Source of the DNA: a virus | Taxonomy: Duplodnaviria > Caudoviricetes | Direction: 5' to 3' (one strand) | Virus record (IMG/VR): IMGVR_UViG_3300029305_003320 | Span: 19,869 to 83,868 of that record | DNA: 64,000 nt | Part shown: one piece after another, positions 28,196 through 37,542 of the stretch | Position numbering within the stretch: position 1 is the first letter of the stretch | Layout: every line of letters starts with the position of its first letter | Notes under the pieces: generated by a model | Seen by the model: the letters and a program-made list of their open reading frames with translations, nothing else | The model's database searches: none | Told to the model about the DNA's origin: nothing | Made by a program: the position numbers and the translations under genes

Positions 28196-28627
28196 CTATA
28201 TCTCGAATCCGCTAGGCACAGACTCGTAAATTTTCTGTACCCTTTCTGCCTCGGCCCTCGCCTTGGCGGCAATTTCTGCATCAATAGCTTCACCTTTCCT
28301 TCTCAAGTCAGCGATCTTATCCTCGATATCAGATCTGATCGTTGCCCAGTTTCGGATCAGCGCAGCCTGGAATTCCAGACTTGTGTCGCGGATCTGGTAC
28401 GTGTCAGCCAGAACTCCACCTTCGAGAGTGGTCCCATCTGTGTAGTTTGGTCCATATCCCTCATGCCCATGGTTTATGAACCTTATGAACATAGAGGTGG
28501 TAGGATTGTCAGAAGGAACATTCACCTTAAAGATAGTGTTGTTCATAGCTGCACGAGTATCGATCTGTAGGTTATTGAGCCATTGAGCGATTTGCACAAT
28601 TGCCGATTCGAATTCTTCTTTTGTCAT
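28196..28627 (-). CDS. Hypothetical early protein
   Basis: AAGGAG RBS; bipartite promoter at 28671-28701. Confidence 0.65.
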   Translation of the reverse strand: MTKEEFESAIVQIAQWLNNLQIDTRAAMNNTIFKVNVPSDNPTTSMFIRFINHGHEGYGPNYTDGTTLEGGVLADTYQIRDTSLEFQAALIRNWATIRSDIEDKIADLRRKGEAIDAEIAAKARAEAERVQKIYESVPSGFEI

Positions 28628-28670
28628 GGTTTAACTCCTTTCTTGTTGTTTGTTTAGCCAGACTAGATGG

Positions 28671-28701
28671 ATAATATATAATTAAAAAGATTTGATCTAC
28701 A
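28671..28701 (-). promoter_or_regulatory. Bipartite promoter TGTAGATCA-N12-TATATATTAT
   Basis: Same spacing at four loci. Confidence 0.65.
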
Positions 28702-28713
28702 AAATAAACAATA

Positions 28714-28746
28714 CATCCACTCCTGGGTTATGCCCAGGAGTGGATG
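28714..28746 (-). terminator. Hairpin (14-bp)
   Basis: Downstream of the repeat-protein gene. Confidence 0.65.
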
Positions 28747-28754
28747 CTTATAGA

Positions 28755-30356
28755 TTATGCTGGCTGAGATCCGACCTCACACTGCTTGAGTATCGCAAAC
28801 ACTTCATTGACCGACATGCCTAGAGCTTTAGCACCACCCTCTATGTAAGGAACACACAGTGGGTTATTGGTGTTCAGTTCATTAGCCGTGTTGTAGAAGT
28901 GCTGAACGGATTTAACTTCTCCGTTACCGAAGTCAATGTCAGGAAGAGATGCAATGAACGCCTCAAATGCTGCGAGTTTGCCCATCTTACCGAGAGCATA
29001 CTCTAGTGCCAGTTTAGACACTCGAATAGCAGGATACGGTACGTACGGATACACCAACGTTATTGTGCCGGCTTCCTCGTCTTTGACGCGCTCAGGAACT
29101 CCACCTTCGTAGAGATACCCAGACGGAGGTTTAGGACCTTCGTCGATGATCTTCCACACCTTGTAGACATGTGTCTTGGTAAGGTTCTCCTCATCGACTT
29201 CCCAGTGATCTTCAGCCTCCTCGTCTTCAGCGAGATCAGGAGCTCCTTCGTCGACTATAGTCCACACTCTGTACATGTGGGTTTCAGTCTTAGACTCTAG
29301 GTCAAGATCCCATCCGAGATCTTCGAGTTCCTGGTTCTCACCAACCTCAGGAGGATTGTCGATCTTGGTTATGACAGTATAAACGTGAGTACGAGTTGTT
29401 CCATCGTCATCCCAATGATCTTCATGGATGTACTGGTTCTCTTCTAGCTCAGGAGGATTGTCCACTATGAATCTTACGTCATACACGTGAGTCTTTGTGG
29501 TACCATCATCTTCCCAGTGGTCTTCGACGATCTGCTGACCTTCTTCAAGCACGGGGGGATTATCTACAATGAACCTGACCTCGTAATGATACGTTACTGT
29601 AGTTCCGTCGTCCTCTTCAATCTTGTCAACGATTTCCTGACCTTCTGCTAGTTCTGGCGGGTTGTCGACAACATAGCGAATGCGGTCGTAAACCTTGGTC
29701 TTGTAAGTGCCGTCGTCTTCCCAGTGGAAGTCGAGGACTTGCTGACCCTCCTCAAGAACCGGTGGATGATCGACGATGATGCGTACCTCATAGCGATGAA
29801 CGTACTTATCGTCGACCACTTCCCAACGATCAGACACGATCTCCATGTCCTCAGCGAGTTCCGGAGGATTATCGACACGCTCAAGTACGTGATAGACGTG
29901 AGTCTTGGTCATGTTCTCGTTGTCGTAGACCCACTCGTCTCCGTTATAGTGATGAGTCGTCTCATCAACTTCTGGCATACCTTCATCAACTACAGTCCAA
30001 ACAGGATAGATGTGAACGTACTTATCACCCTGCTCTTCCCAGTGGTCATTTTCTACAACCTGATTATCTTCCAGTTCAGGAGGATTGTCTACATTCTGAA
30101 GTTTGCGAATATGACGATAAACATATTTAGTTCCATCCTCAAGGTCGGCATACTTATAACCATCATCGAGGATAGTGTAGCCTTCTTCTTCCTGCGGTCG
30201 TTCCCACTGCTCAAGAGGCCAGTATCCCAGTTTGTGGAATACTTCAATGGGCGCGTTTTCATACTTAATACCGTTGTGCTCAGGAACGGCAGGTGCCAAT
30301 TCAACATTGACACCTCCGTCAATCACACGGTACAACTCAGTTGTTAGTGTGTTCAT
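28755..30356 (-). CDS. Acidic tandem-repeat protein with tail-fibre-chaperone-like C-terminal domain
   Basis: About 10-11 repeats of 34-38 aa (DNPPELEExQxIxxDHWEDDGTxKTHVYxVxxIV); C-terminal SKLALEYAL...ANEL...NPL...ALGMSVNEV. Confidence 0.6.
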   Translation of the reverse strand: MNTLTTELYRVIDGGVNVELAPAVPEHNGIKYENAPIEVFHKLGYWPLEQWERPQEEEGYTILDDGYKYADLEDGTKYVYRHIRKLQNVDNPPELEDNQVVENDHWEEQGDKYVHIYPVWTVVDEGMPEVDETTHHYNGDEWVYDNENMTKTHVYHVLERVDNPPELAEDMEIVSDRWEVVDDKYVHRYEVRIIVDHPPVLEEGQQVLDFHWEDDGTYKTKVYDRIRYVVDNPPELAEGQEIVDKIEEDDGTTVTYHYEVRFIVDNPPVLEEGQQIVEDHWEDDGTTKTHVYDVRFIVDNPPELEENQYIHEDHWDDDGTTRTHVYTVITKIDNPPEVGENQELEDLGWDLDLESKTETHMYRVWTIVDEGAPDLAEDEEAEDHWEVDEENLTKTHVYKVWKIIDEGPKPPSGYLYEGGVPERVKDEEAGTITLVYPYVPYPAIRVSKLALEYALGKMGKLAAFEAFIASLPDIDFGNGEVKSVQHFYNTANELNTNNPLCVPYIEGGAKALGMSVNEVFAILKQCEVGSQPA

Positions 30357-30367
30357 TTAAACTCTCC

Positions 30368-32701
30368 TTAAGGAAGCGTATCGTAATTTACTGTGAACTC
30401 AGCTGCCCTCGTACCGCACTTTGTCTCATAAATAAGTGTGATTGGTATAATGGTTCCTGAGGTAGCAACAGGGGTCTCTCCGGATACAGGTGTATAATCA
30501 AAACTGATAGTGTAGTTGTAGAAGGTACCGTCTAGTATACCATCAGTATTTAGACTGGTAGCTCCTGCTACTTCACGGGTTATAGTGGTCCCACCACTTA
30601 TCGGATATTTGATCTTTAGAGAAACACCCGCATGTAGATTAGTACCTTCTAAAAGTTTTGATCCATCTGCAGTAAACTTGGTTCCATCCCATTTGACATG
30701 TGCATCGGTAATTATTGGAGACCAATCAGTTCCATCATCGAATTCAGTAATCTCGCCGATGACTAGTTTACTATACGGCTGTTTTACAGTGATCTTAGCA
30801 GGAAGCTTATATGCTTGCCACTTGTTTACGATAATACCCTTGATTCCTGCCGGAAGTTCATCTAGACTAAACCCACATGGAAGTCCTGCACACACTTCGG
30901 GCTCGTTTGGAAGATACACTTCATAATTCCTTAGCTCACCACTTGGTGGTTCGTCTACATATAGCTCAGTTCCTGGACCTAAAGTGCCTTCTGGTAAAAC
31001 TGTTACTACAGATCCAGATCTTAGAGTGACATTAATGTCTCCGGAGGTAATGGTATCTTGGGAAATTTCCAAACTTTTAGGATCAGCTGATCCTCCGAGT
31101 AGCCTACCATTCTCAACAATCTTCACATCCATAAATTGCAGAGAGTTGGGTGTGGAGTTGATCCCTGTTCCGAGTTGAACTGATCCAGTTGCAGTGGCTT
31201 GAGCACTATGTCCTATGGCAACTGTATTGGCACCTGTCGCTTGTGTATGATCCATAGTACCAGATTGCCCGGATCCTATTGCAACAGATCCATTACCAGT
31301 TGCTTTAGTAGAATAGCCTATCGCAACTGATGTAGCACCAGATGCATAAGCGTTATTTCCAGTCAGATCAGTTTCTACATTAAGACTCTTTGATCCGCCA
31401 CCAATAGCTATCGATTGTCCTCCGGCCGCATTTGCACAATATCCGATTGCAACACTCTGTTGAGTTGTTTTGTTAGATGCGTTCGTAGCACTGGCACGTC
31501 CTCCGATTGCAACCGATGCGTTTCTTATTATCGTGTCAGAAGAGCTAATTGAATTTATTATAGTCTGACTAATTCCAGCTGCCGCATCTTTTCCTATTTC
31601 TACAGGACAGTTCTGTTCGTAACCGTCTTTTACAAAGGTTATTCCCTTGCTTATCTGTGTGTTAGACAAACGAACAGTGGGTCCTTCTAGTTCTTTTCTG
31701 ACTAGATAGTCTAGAGGATCATCGTTAATGTAGACAGCTTTAAGACCCGGTGAATACTGTGAGTATCCAGGCATGCCCCACGCAACTATGTTGAATGTCC
31801 CTGGGCCATGAGTCTTACCATAACGCCAGTCGTACTTTCCAGGTATGTAATCAGGACTGAACAATCTGTAGGTGTTGTCATCTGCAACATCTCCTTCATT
31901 AACAGATTTTACCTTGTAAGTAGATCCTTCCTTTTCGTAGTAGTATTCCAGATATCCTAGCTCAGGGAGAATCGATCCAGGAACTATCTTAACATACACG
32001 TCTCTGTCATTGATCACATAATCATAATAGAATCCTAAAGAATTGGCAGTTGATCTGATGTTAGTTATAGTCAAGATCTGTTTCGTGTCAGTAACATGTA
32101 TGTGGAATCCTGGAAATATGTTATTTCTTAGCGACTGCAGATAAATGGCTACATTAGCTGCAGTGTTGGTGTAATCGTAAGTGACCCCGTTGGTAGAAGG
32201 CCTTCTTCCGTGACCAATTACAGTGGACCACTGGTCCGCAGCAGTTATTCCGTAACCTATAGCTGTAGCGTTACTTGTTACAACGTTCAACTGACTTCCC
32301 CATGCGTAGGAGTGCATTCCTATGGCTTTATTCGATGTTCCTATCGTCACAGAGTATCTTCCTAGTGTCGGAGAATTAGCTGCACTTGCTACATATGGAG
32401 GAACGCCTACTTCGTTGTCTATACCTAAGTTGACATTGAACGAACTGTAAGTATAAGAAGGGTACCAAGGGCTGTTATAAAAGTTAACAGAAGTACCTGG
32501 TAAATAAGTCGACTCAAATGGATCCCACCATGCATGGAATACTTTATTTGCAATATTCACTACATTAGTAGGGTGCACCCACGGCGCAGATGATGGGGCA
32601 GACCCTTTAGTGTCGGCATAGAACTCTCCGTCATATGTCGTAGATTTGGCCACTGCAAGTGATGTGACTAGTGCTGCAGTAGCTATTAATAATTTTTTCA
32701 T
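30368..32701 (-). CDS. Signal-peptide-bearing protein with YadA-like head (Hep/Hag) repeats
   Basis: MKKLLIATAALVTSLAVA signal; repeats SVAIGG, SVAIGY, SIAIGG, SVAIGY, SVAIGS, TVAIGH, SVQLG at about 14-aa spacing. Confidence 0.7.
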   Translation of the reverse strand: MKKLLIATAALVTSLAVAKSTTYDGEFYADTKGSAPSSAPWVHPTNVVNIANKVFHAWWDPFESTYLPGTSVNFYNSPWYPSYTYSSFNVNLGIDNEVGVPPYVASAANSPTLGRYSVTIGTSNKAIGMHSYAWGSQLNVVTSNATAIGYGITAADQWSTVIGHGRRPSTNGVTYDYTNTAANVAIYLQSLRNNIFPGFHIHVTDTKQILTITNIRSTANSLGFYYDYVINDRDVYVKIVPGSILPELGYLEYYYEKEGSTYKVKSVNEGDVADDNTYRLFSPDYIPGKYDWRYGKTHGPGTFNIVAWGMPGYSQYSPGLKAVYINDDPLDYLVRKELEGPTVRLSNTQISKGITFVKDGYEQNCPVEIGKDAAAGISQTIINSISSSDTIIRNASVAIGGRASATNASNKTTQQSVAIGYCANAAGGQSIAIGGGSKSLNVETDLTGNNAYASGATSVAIGYSTKATGNGSVAIGSGQSGTMDHTQATGANTVAIGHSAQATATGSVQLGTGINSTPNSLQFMDVKIVENGRLLGGSADPKSLEISQDTITSGDINVTLRSGSVVTVLPEGTLGPGTELYVDEPPSGELRNYEVYLPNEPEVCAGLPCGFSLDELPAGIKGIIVNKWQAYKLPAKITVKQPYSKLVIGEITEFDDGTDWSPIITDAHVKWDGTKFTADGSKLLEGTNLHAGVSLKIKYPISGGTTITREVAGATSLNTDGILDGTFYNYTISFDYTPVSGETPVATSGTIIPITLIYETKCGTRAAEFTVNYDTLP

Positions 32702-32811
32702 CTCTTCTCCTTCATCTCCTTGGGTAATATAAAAAGATTCCTATCAAAAGATAGTGGGCTTAGTAATTATCAACAGAGTGGTGGGATTTATCCCACCACT
32801 CTGCCTGTAAC

Positions 32812-33537
32812 TTATGGATATCCCCACTGTGTAGAATCCACACCTAAATCTTCAAGCCATTGTTTTCTTGCAGCAATCAGTGCAGTTTTATCACTACTAT
32901 GCCCGGTCCAGTTGATTTTTTCTTCATTTGTTACCCACACTCCAGCTAAGCTTTTGAAATTTTCTTTCCAATCTCCAGAAAAGATGCTACTACAAGAAGT
33001 CGGGCTTGTAATCGCCCCTGTAGTATAACTGGAAATCGTCTTGAATAGTTTCTCTGCGTAGCACGGCTGATAGATATTCAAACTTACACTCATTGCCGCT
33101 GGTACAAAGAATACAGATTTTTTAGAAGTATCTGCATTTATGTACATGTACGTTTGTGTACCAGGAAATATTGGGGTCATCATATTTGAATTTTTTAGTG
33201 ACCCTGAACTTCCTTGCAAATACAGTAATCTGTTATTCTCATTTTGTAGATTGCTTGGAGAATCGGCAAGGAGTATATAAGCATCGCCCTCTGTATCAAA
33301 TGCGCTAGTGTTATATGCAACATATAGCCAGCCTGGACAATTTACCTTGTATATCCATTTAGAATTTGTATCAGTTAGTTCATATGCCATTTCAAAACAT
33401 GCTGTATCAGCGGGAACACCGCTTTGCTTTACTATTCTAGCCATGTTTGCTCGATTAGTTCTGTCTGCAACTAGCTTATTGAGTTCCCTGGATCTATCCG
33501 GTTCATTGCTGTGTAAGAATTTAGATTTTACAGCCAT
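32812..33537 (-). CDS. Tail-region protein, paralog family A (1 of 3)
   Basis: IYKVNCPGWLY / NSNMMTPIFPG / VFFVPA motifs shared with the next two genes. Confidence 0.6.
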   Translation of the reverse strand: MAVKSKFLHSNEPDRSRELNKLVADRTNRANMARIVKQSGVPADTACFEMAYELTDTNSKWIYKVNCPGWLYVAYNTSAFDTEGDAYILLADSPSNLQNENNRLLYLQGSSGSLKNSNMMTPIFPGTQTYMYINADTSKKSVFFVPAAMSVSLNIYQPCYAEKLFKTISSYTTGAITSPTSCSSIFSGDWKENFKSLAGVWVTNEEKINWTGHSSDKTALIAARKQWLEDLGVDSTQWGYP

Positions 33538-33561
33538 AAATCCTCCATGTTAAGGTCAGTT

Positions 33562-34776
33562 TTAGAAAGATTTGAAACTGTCAGTAGTTTTGTTTAAATC
33601 TAGCCACTCTGAAACTGAACCAGGGGCTGATTTTTTATAGGTCGATGATAAACTTCCTTTTGACAGGAACTCTTTATCACTGTTAACATCAATAGGTATT
33701 TTTTCTAGACTACTGAATTCATACACCTTAAAGTTTGCATCTTCTCCTGAAATAGGGGGCTGCCATTGGGAGAATACTTCACCCCATTCTGCATCAAATG
33801 CACTTTCTAATGGGTATGTATAAATGATGAGAGATGACATTTTAGAAGACTCCATTGGAACCGGTAGGTGCGTTACAAACTTATCAGATGCCCAGTTTAT
33901 GGTGAAAGACATCGATGCACGTTTGCCTGCTTTCGTTACAGCAGTCTTTTTAGTTAACATGTTTAACGTGCAGTCTGATAAAGACGATCTTACTTCTGTT
34001 AAAGCATCATGACTTCCTGCACATTTTGCTGGGACAAAAATAACTTTATCCTTGACAGAGCTATTCTTGCAGTGCATTATATACATTCCTGGAGTCTCTG
34101 TTTGCAATCCGCTTTCAAGCTGATCACATAAGCCAGAATAAGAATATGGGTTCTCTGAAGCTGTAACTCCTTTAGCCTTATTCCAATAGACTGTAAACCA
34201 GGATTGTATAACTGCATCTGGATCATCAGGATTTGAAGGTAATATTGGCGTAATTTGACAGCAACTCCCACCAGAACCACTCCCGGTTGAATAATCAACA
34301 TATGTCATTCTTTTTGACTGTACTACATCCTCTCCAAATGATTTCGGGAGAATTATCTTACACATCTCAGAATCTGACGGAGGGCTCGGAATATCATCAC
34401 CGCCTTTACCCTTTTTATATGTAGCATCCTTCCACATGAATTTTGCAATCTGAGTAAATGCTTCACTTTCATCAAGTTGCTTGTTAAGATATGCATCATG
34501 ATACACATCAATCTTGTATGCTGCATTAGATAACACGATACCATTCATTTTCGAATTATCTAATTCCTTGTTCGGAGCTTTAAAAATCCATCCGGGTGAG
34601 TTTACATGGTAGATCGTGTCCTCATCCATTGCCTCAGCTCTAGAGAAATCAGGAAACGCTGTTGTAAATTCAGAACTTCCCATTATCTCTTTATTTATGT
34701 TATCCATCTTTCTCGCTATATCCTCTATTGGGCTTTTATGGATAGGAGAATATAGCATCTTTTGTAGTATGCTCAT
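33562..34776 (-). CDS. Tail-region protein, paralog family A (2 of 3)
   Basis: IYHVNSPGWIF / ITPILPS / VIFVPA. Confidence 0.6.
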   Translation of the reverse strand: MSILQKMLYSPIHKSPIEDIARKMDNINKEIMGSSEFTTAFPDFSRAEAMDEDTIYHVNSPGWIFKAPNKELDNSKMNGIVLSNAAYKIDVYHDAYLNKQLDESEAFTQIAKFMWKDATYKKGKGGDDIPSPPSDSEMCKIILPKSFGEDVVQSKRMTYVDYSTGSGSGGSCCQITPILPSNPDDPDAVIQSWFTVYWNKAKGVTASENPYSYSGLCDQLESGLQTETPGMYIMHCKNSSVKDKVIFVPAKCAGSHDALTEVRSSLSDCTLNMLTKKTAVTKAGKRASMSFTINWASDKFVTHLPVPMESSKMSSLIIYTYPLESAFDAEWGEVFSQWQPPISGEDANFKVYEFSSLEKIPIDVNSDKEFLSKGSLSSTYKKSAPGSVSEWLDLNKTTDSFKSF

Positions 34777-34784
34777 TTTGACCC

Positions 34785-35576
34785 CTACTTTCTAAATACA
34801 TATCCTGCATTATGAACTGTGAATTTGTTAAATGCCAGGCTTGATATTATTTTTCCTGATAGTTCCTGTAATCCTCTTCCAGGATCATATCCGGCTGCTG
34901 CTATGAATACAACTTTAAGAGCACTAACATCGGTGTTCTCAATACTTACAGCTATGTGTGTATATTTACCAGGACATATTGGAAACATGTTGTTGCTTCT
35001 AGAACCGCTTCCGTTTTTTGAACTAAATAAGGTAAAATACGTTCTTCCATACTTTTCATAGTAAGTTATGCCATTTGAAAACACAAATATGCCAGATACC
35101 GCAGTAAACGTTGAGCCACTTCTTATGTAATATGTTTTAGACGAATCTGGGTAACTATCAGTAGTTTTAAGATACTTGTCTCCATCTGAGAATGGGTTGT
35201 AAGATGCCGGAGCACTCTCTTGACCAGAAGCATATCCGCCATCAATATAAACCGTGTAGGCAAATTTTGTAGTGTTTCCCTTCCATCTCTGAGAGTATAT
35301 AAATCCAGGAGATGTAACTTTATATATCTGCTTATTAGTAAGTTCAAATTGACTTACACAATTTGGTAGCATGACTTTATCCGAAGGAAACCCTGGAGAT
35401 GATTCTAGATCGTTTTTATAAATTTGTATGTCTGTAAATGCTGAATATGATTTTTGGATCCGCATTAGTTTCTTTTCTCTGAGTGCAAAGTTTTGGTCAT
35501 CGGCAGGATAGAGAATTTCATCGTTTCCAACATGTTTAAAGAGACGACCTGTGTCCTCAATTATGTCTTCCGCCAT
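34785..35576 (-). CDS. Tail-region protein, paralog family A (3 of 3), with KTYY module
   Basis: IYKVTSPGFIY / NNMFPICPG / VVFIAA; inserted YLKTTDSYPDSSKTYY...ITYYEK. Confidence 0.6.
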   Translation of the reverse strand: MAEDIIEDTGRLFKHVGNDEILYPADDQNFALREKKLMRIQKSYSAFTDIQIYKNDLESSPGFPSDKVMLPNCVSQFELTNKQIYKVTSPGFIYSQRWKGNTTKFAYTVYIDGGYASGQESAPASYNPFSDGDKYLKTTDSYPDSSKTYYIRSGSTFTAVSGIFVFSNGITYYEKYGRTYFTLFSSKNGSGSRSNNMFPICPGKYTHIAVSIENTDVSALKVVFIAAAGYDPGRGLQELSGKIISSLAFNKFTVHNAGYVFRK

Positions 35577-35650
35577 ACTTATTCTCCTTTATTAAAAAGT
35601 TCATAAAATTTCACCCAAATGACAAAAAGAAAGAACACTAATGAATTTGA

Positions 35651-35684
35651 CTACATCTGGTTGCCTTCTGGCAACCAGATGTAG
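35651..35684 (-). terminator. Hairpin (15-bp)
   Basis: End of the ACP operon. Confidence 0.65.
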
Positions 35685-35692
35685 AGAAAAGG

Positions 35693-35905
35693 TTATAGTC
35701 CTTTTTGTAGGTGATCATCTGCTACAGAACGTTTACGTCTATGTTTAACTTCCTTTTTCACCGGAGCCTCCTCCTGTGCTACTTGTGGAACCTCATCAAG
35801 GTTAACTGTAAACCCGTCGTTAATGTTGAACTTGGCATCACAGATGTCTAGTTTTTGCATAACACCTATGATGGTTTCAACCTTTCCTGTTATTGTAAGC
35901 TTCAT
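35693..35905 (-). CDS. Small hypothetical protein
   Basis: GGAGG RBS; 70 aa. Confidence 0.55.
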   Translation of the reverse strand: MKLTITGKVETIIGVMQKLDICDAKFNINDGFTVNLDEVPQVAQEEAPVKKEVKHRRKRSVADDHLQKGL

Positions 35906-35920
35906 ATTAGAATCTACCTC

Positions 35921-36169
35921 CTAAAACGAGAAGTAATGATCATGAACGTAGTTCACTAAATCGCCGACAGTTTTAATTGACTCGCTATCGTTCTCTGGAA
36001 TAGAGATATCAAATTCTTCTTCTATTGCCAATATGAGTTCGACAACATCAAGAGTGTCTGCAGCAAGATCCTCAATCAAATCCGAATCTAGTTTAATGTT
36101 CTCCTTGGATACTCCAAGTTGAATATGTACGACATTCTTTACTCTGTCAATTAGTTGCTGCTCAGTCAT
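35921..36169 (-). CDS. Acyl carrier protein-like, attachment Ser replaced by Thr
   Basis: QLGV...DLAADTLDVVELILAIEEEFDISIP...IKTVGD; codon ACT at 36053-36055 where DSL is expected. Confidence 0.85.
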   Translation of the reverse strand: MTEQQLIDRVKNVVHIQLGVSKENIKLDSDLIEDLAADTLDVVELILAIEEEFDISIPENDSESIKTVGDLVNYVHDHYFSF

Positions 36170-36171
36170 AT

Positions 36172-36639
36172 TTACTCCCTATTCACCTTGATGTTAAAGT
36201 CAAAAGCGCACGATTTCTTGGCAACATCCATCTGCCAAAGATCTGCAAGTTTCTGCAGCCATGCTCCATGTGCTTCACGCATCATTACCCTATAAAGAAC
36301 ATCGGTCATTTTAGTATCCATGATCTTGTGAGGATCGTATTCAGGGAAAATGTCAGGAATCAGAAGTTTAATATTGCTAAAAGGATCTTTATCCCATTCA
36401 CCTGTCTTTTCATCCTTCATGTAAAGAGCAACTGAAAATTTGCCTTCAAGATTCTTTTCTATCAGGTTTCTAGACAGGTTACTGAGACTATGGGAGAATC
36501 TAAACAGCACTGGTGTCTCTACTTCACCGTCTTTATAAATGAACATCCAGCTAAGATCCTTAAGATTAAATTCAAATGTAGGAACATTCTTAACGACCTT
36601 GCTTTCGTGAACCTTATTTTCTATGACTGCTTCGGACAT
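36172..36639 (-). CDS. Hypothetical protein
   Basis: 155 aa; AAGGAG RBS. Confidence 0.65.
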   Translation of the reverse strand: MSEAVIENKVHESKVVKNVPTFEFNLKDLSWMFIYKDGEVETPVLFRFSHSLSNLSRNLIEKNLEGKFSVALYMKDEKTGEWDKDPFSNIKLLIPDIFPEYDPHKIMDTKMTDVLYRVMMREAHGAWLQKLADLWQMDVAKKSCAFDFNIKVNRE

Positions 36640-36698
36640 ATTTGGTCTCCTTGTTAATCATAATAAGGGTATTACGCCTAAATATATAAAAATAAGTA

Positions 36699-36728
36699 AC
36701 CACTCTGGGGATAACTCCCCAGAGTGGT
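36699..36728 (-). terminator. Hairpin (13-bp)
   Basis: Downstream of 36751-37455. Confidence 0.6.
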
Positions 36729-36750
36729 CTTAGCAGTGGTACTGCACAGA

Positions 36751-37455
36751 TTAATCGTTATACTCTGTATCTTCACCAAGTTCTTCGTCTAGTACTCTTG
36801 TAGAAGCATAATGCCCGTTCTGTAGGGCTTTAAGTATAACTTCTTGCATGGCAGACAGCTGTTCTGTTGTAGCACTAGAACCCAACGGAGTCTTATCTAT
36901 GAGAACAGCTAGCTGAGTTATAAACTTTAGAATCATCTCATTATTTCTATTAACGAGGGTCTGAAGATCATCTATCTGCGACTTGGACCAAGTTTCATCC
37001 TTAGTGAAGTAGTTAGACAAATCGATTGCATTATTAAACGCTGCCCAGTATTTCTCATACCTAACTTCTTCAGTATTAGGGTCGACTACTGCTTCCACGG
37101 TGTAGATGTATCCAGTACCATTAACTATGTAAAAATCTCCATGCTTAGGATCTGGTATTTCACTTAGAGACTCAACACTTGCTCTAGATCCTTTCCAGTT
37201 GATACCAGCTTTAAGACTTTTTGTATCATCGGTGAGTTTGAACTCAAGCCCGTTTAGCTTAGTATCTACAACACTAGTTGTGTACTTGTCAAGAGAAGCG
37301 CGTATAGCGGCATCGCGTTCTGCAGCTTCTTTTTTGATAGCGTTCTTTACAAGAGCTTCAACCACATTGGCCGGATACACCAATGCGTTTTGCGGTATAG
37401 AACCAGCTCTAACTGGTTCAACTATAACCACATTTTCAGGGGATTCATTGGCCAT
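36751..37455 (-). CDS. Tail-fibre-like protein
   Basis: Start moved to MANESP. The segment INWKGSRASVESL...PKHGDFYIV...IDLSNYFTKDE is a common tail-fibre module. Confidence 0.55.
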   Translation of the reverse strand: MANESPENVVIVEPVRAGSIPQNALVYPANVVEALVKNAIKKEAAERDAAIRASLDKYTTSVVDTKLNGLEFKLTDDTKSLKAGINWKGSRASVESLSEIPDPKHGDFYIVNGTGYIYTVEAVVDPNTEEVRYEKYWAAFNNAIDLSNYFTKDETWSKSQIDDLQTLVNRNNEMILKFITQLAVLIDKTPLGSSATTEQLSAMQEVILKALQNGHYASTRVLDEELGEDTEYND

Positions 37456-37542
37456 TTTAGCATCCTTTTTAAGAATTAAAATGTCATAACATTGCAACCT
37501 TCGCAACCATCGTATGCGTTAAAAATCTAAGGAGATTTGATT

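Noticed and set aside
28755-30356. CRISPR array or DNA tandem repeat
   Set aside because: The repeats are in-frame, degenerate at the DNA level and conserved as peptide; no identical direct repeats with unique spacers anywhere in the window
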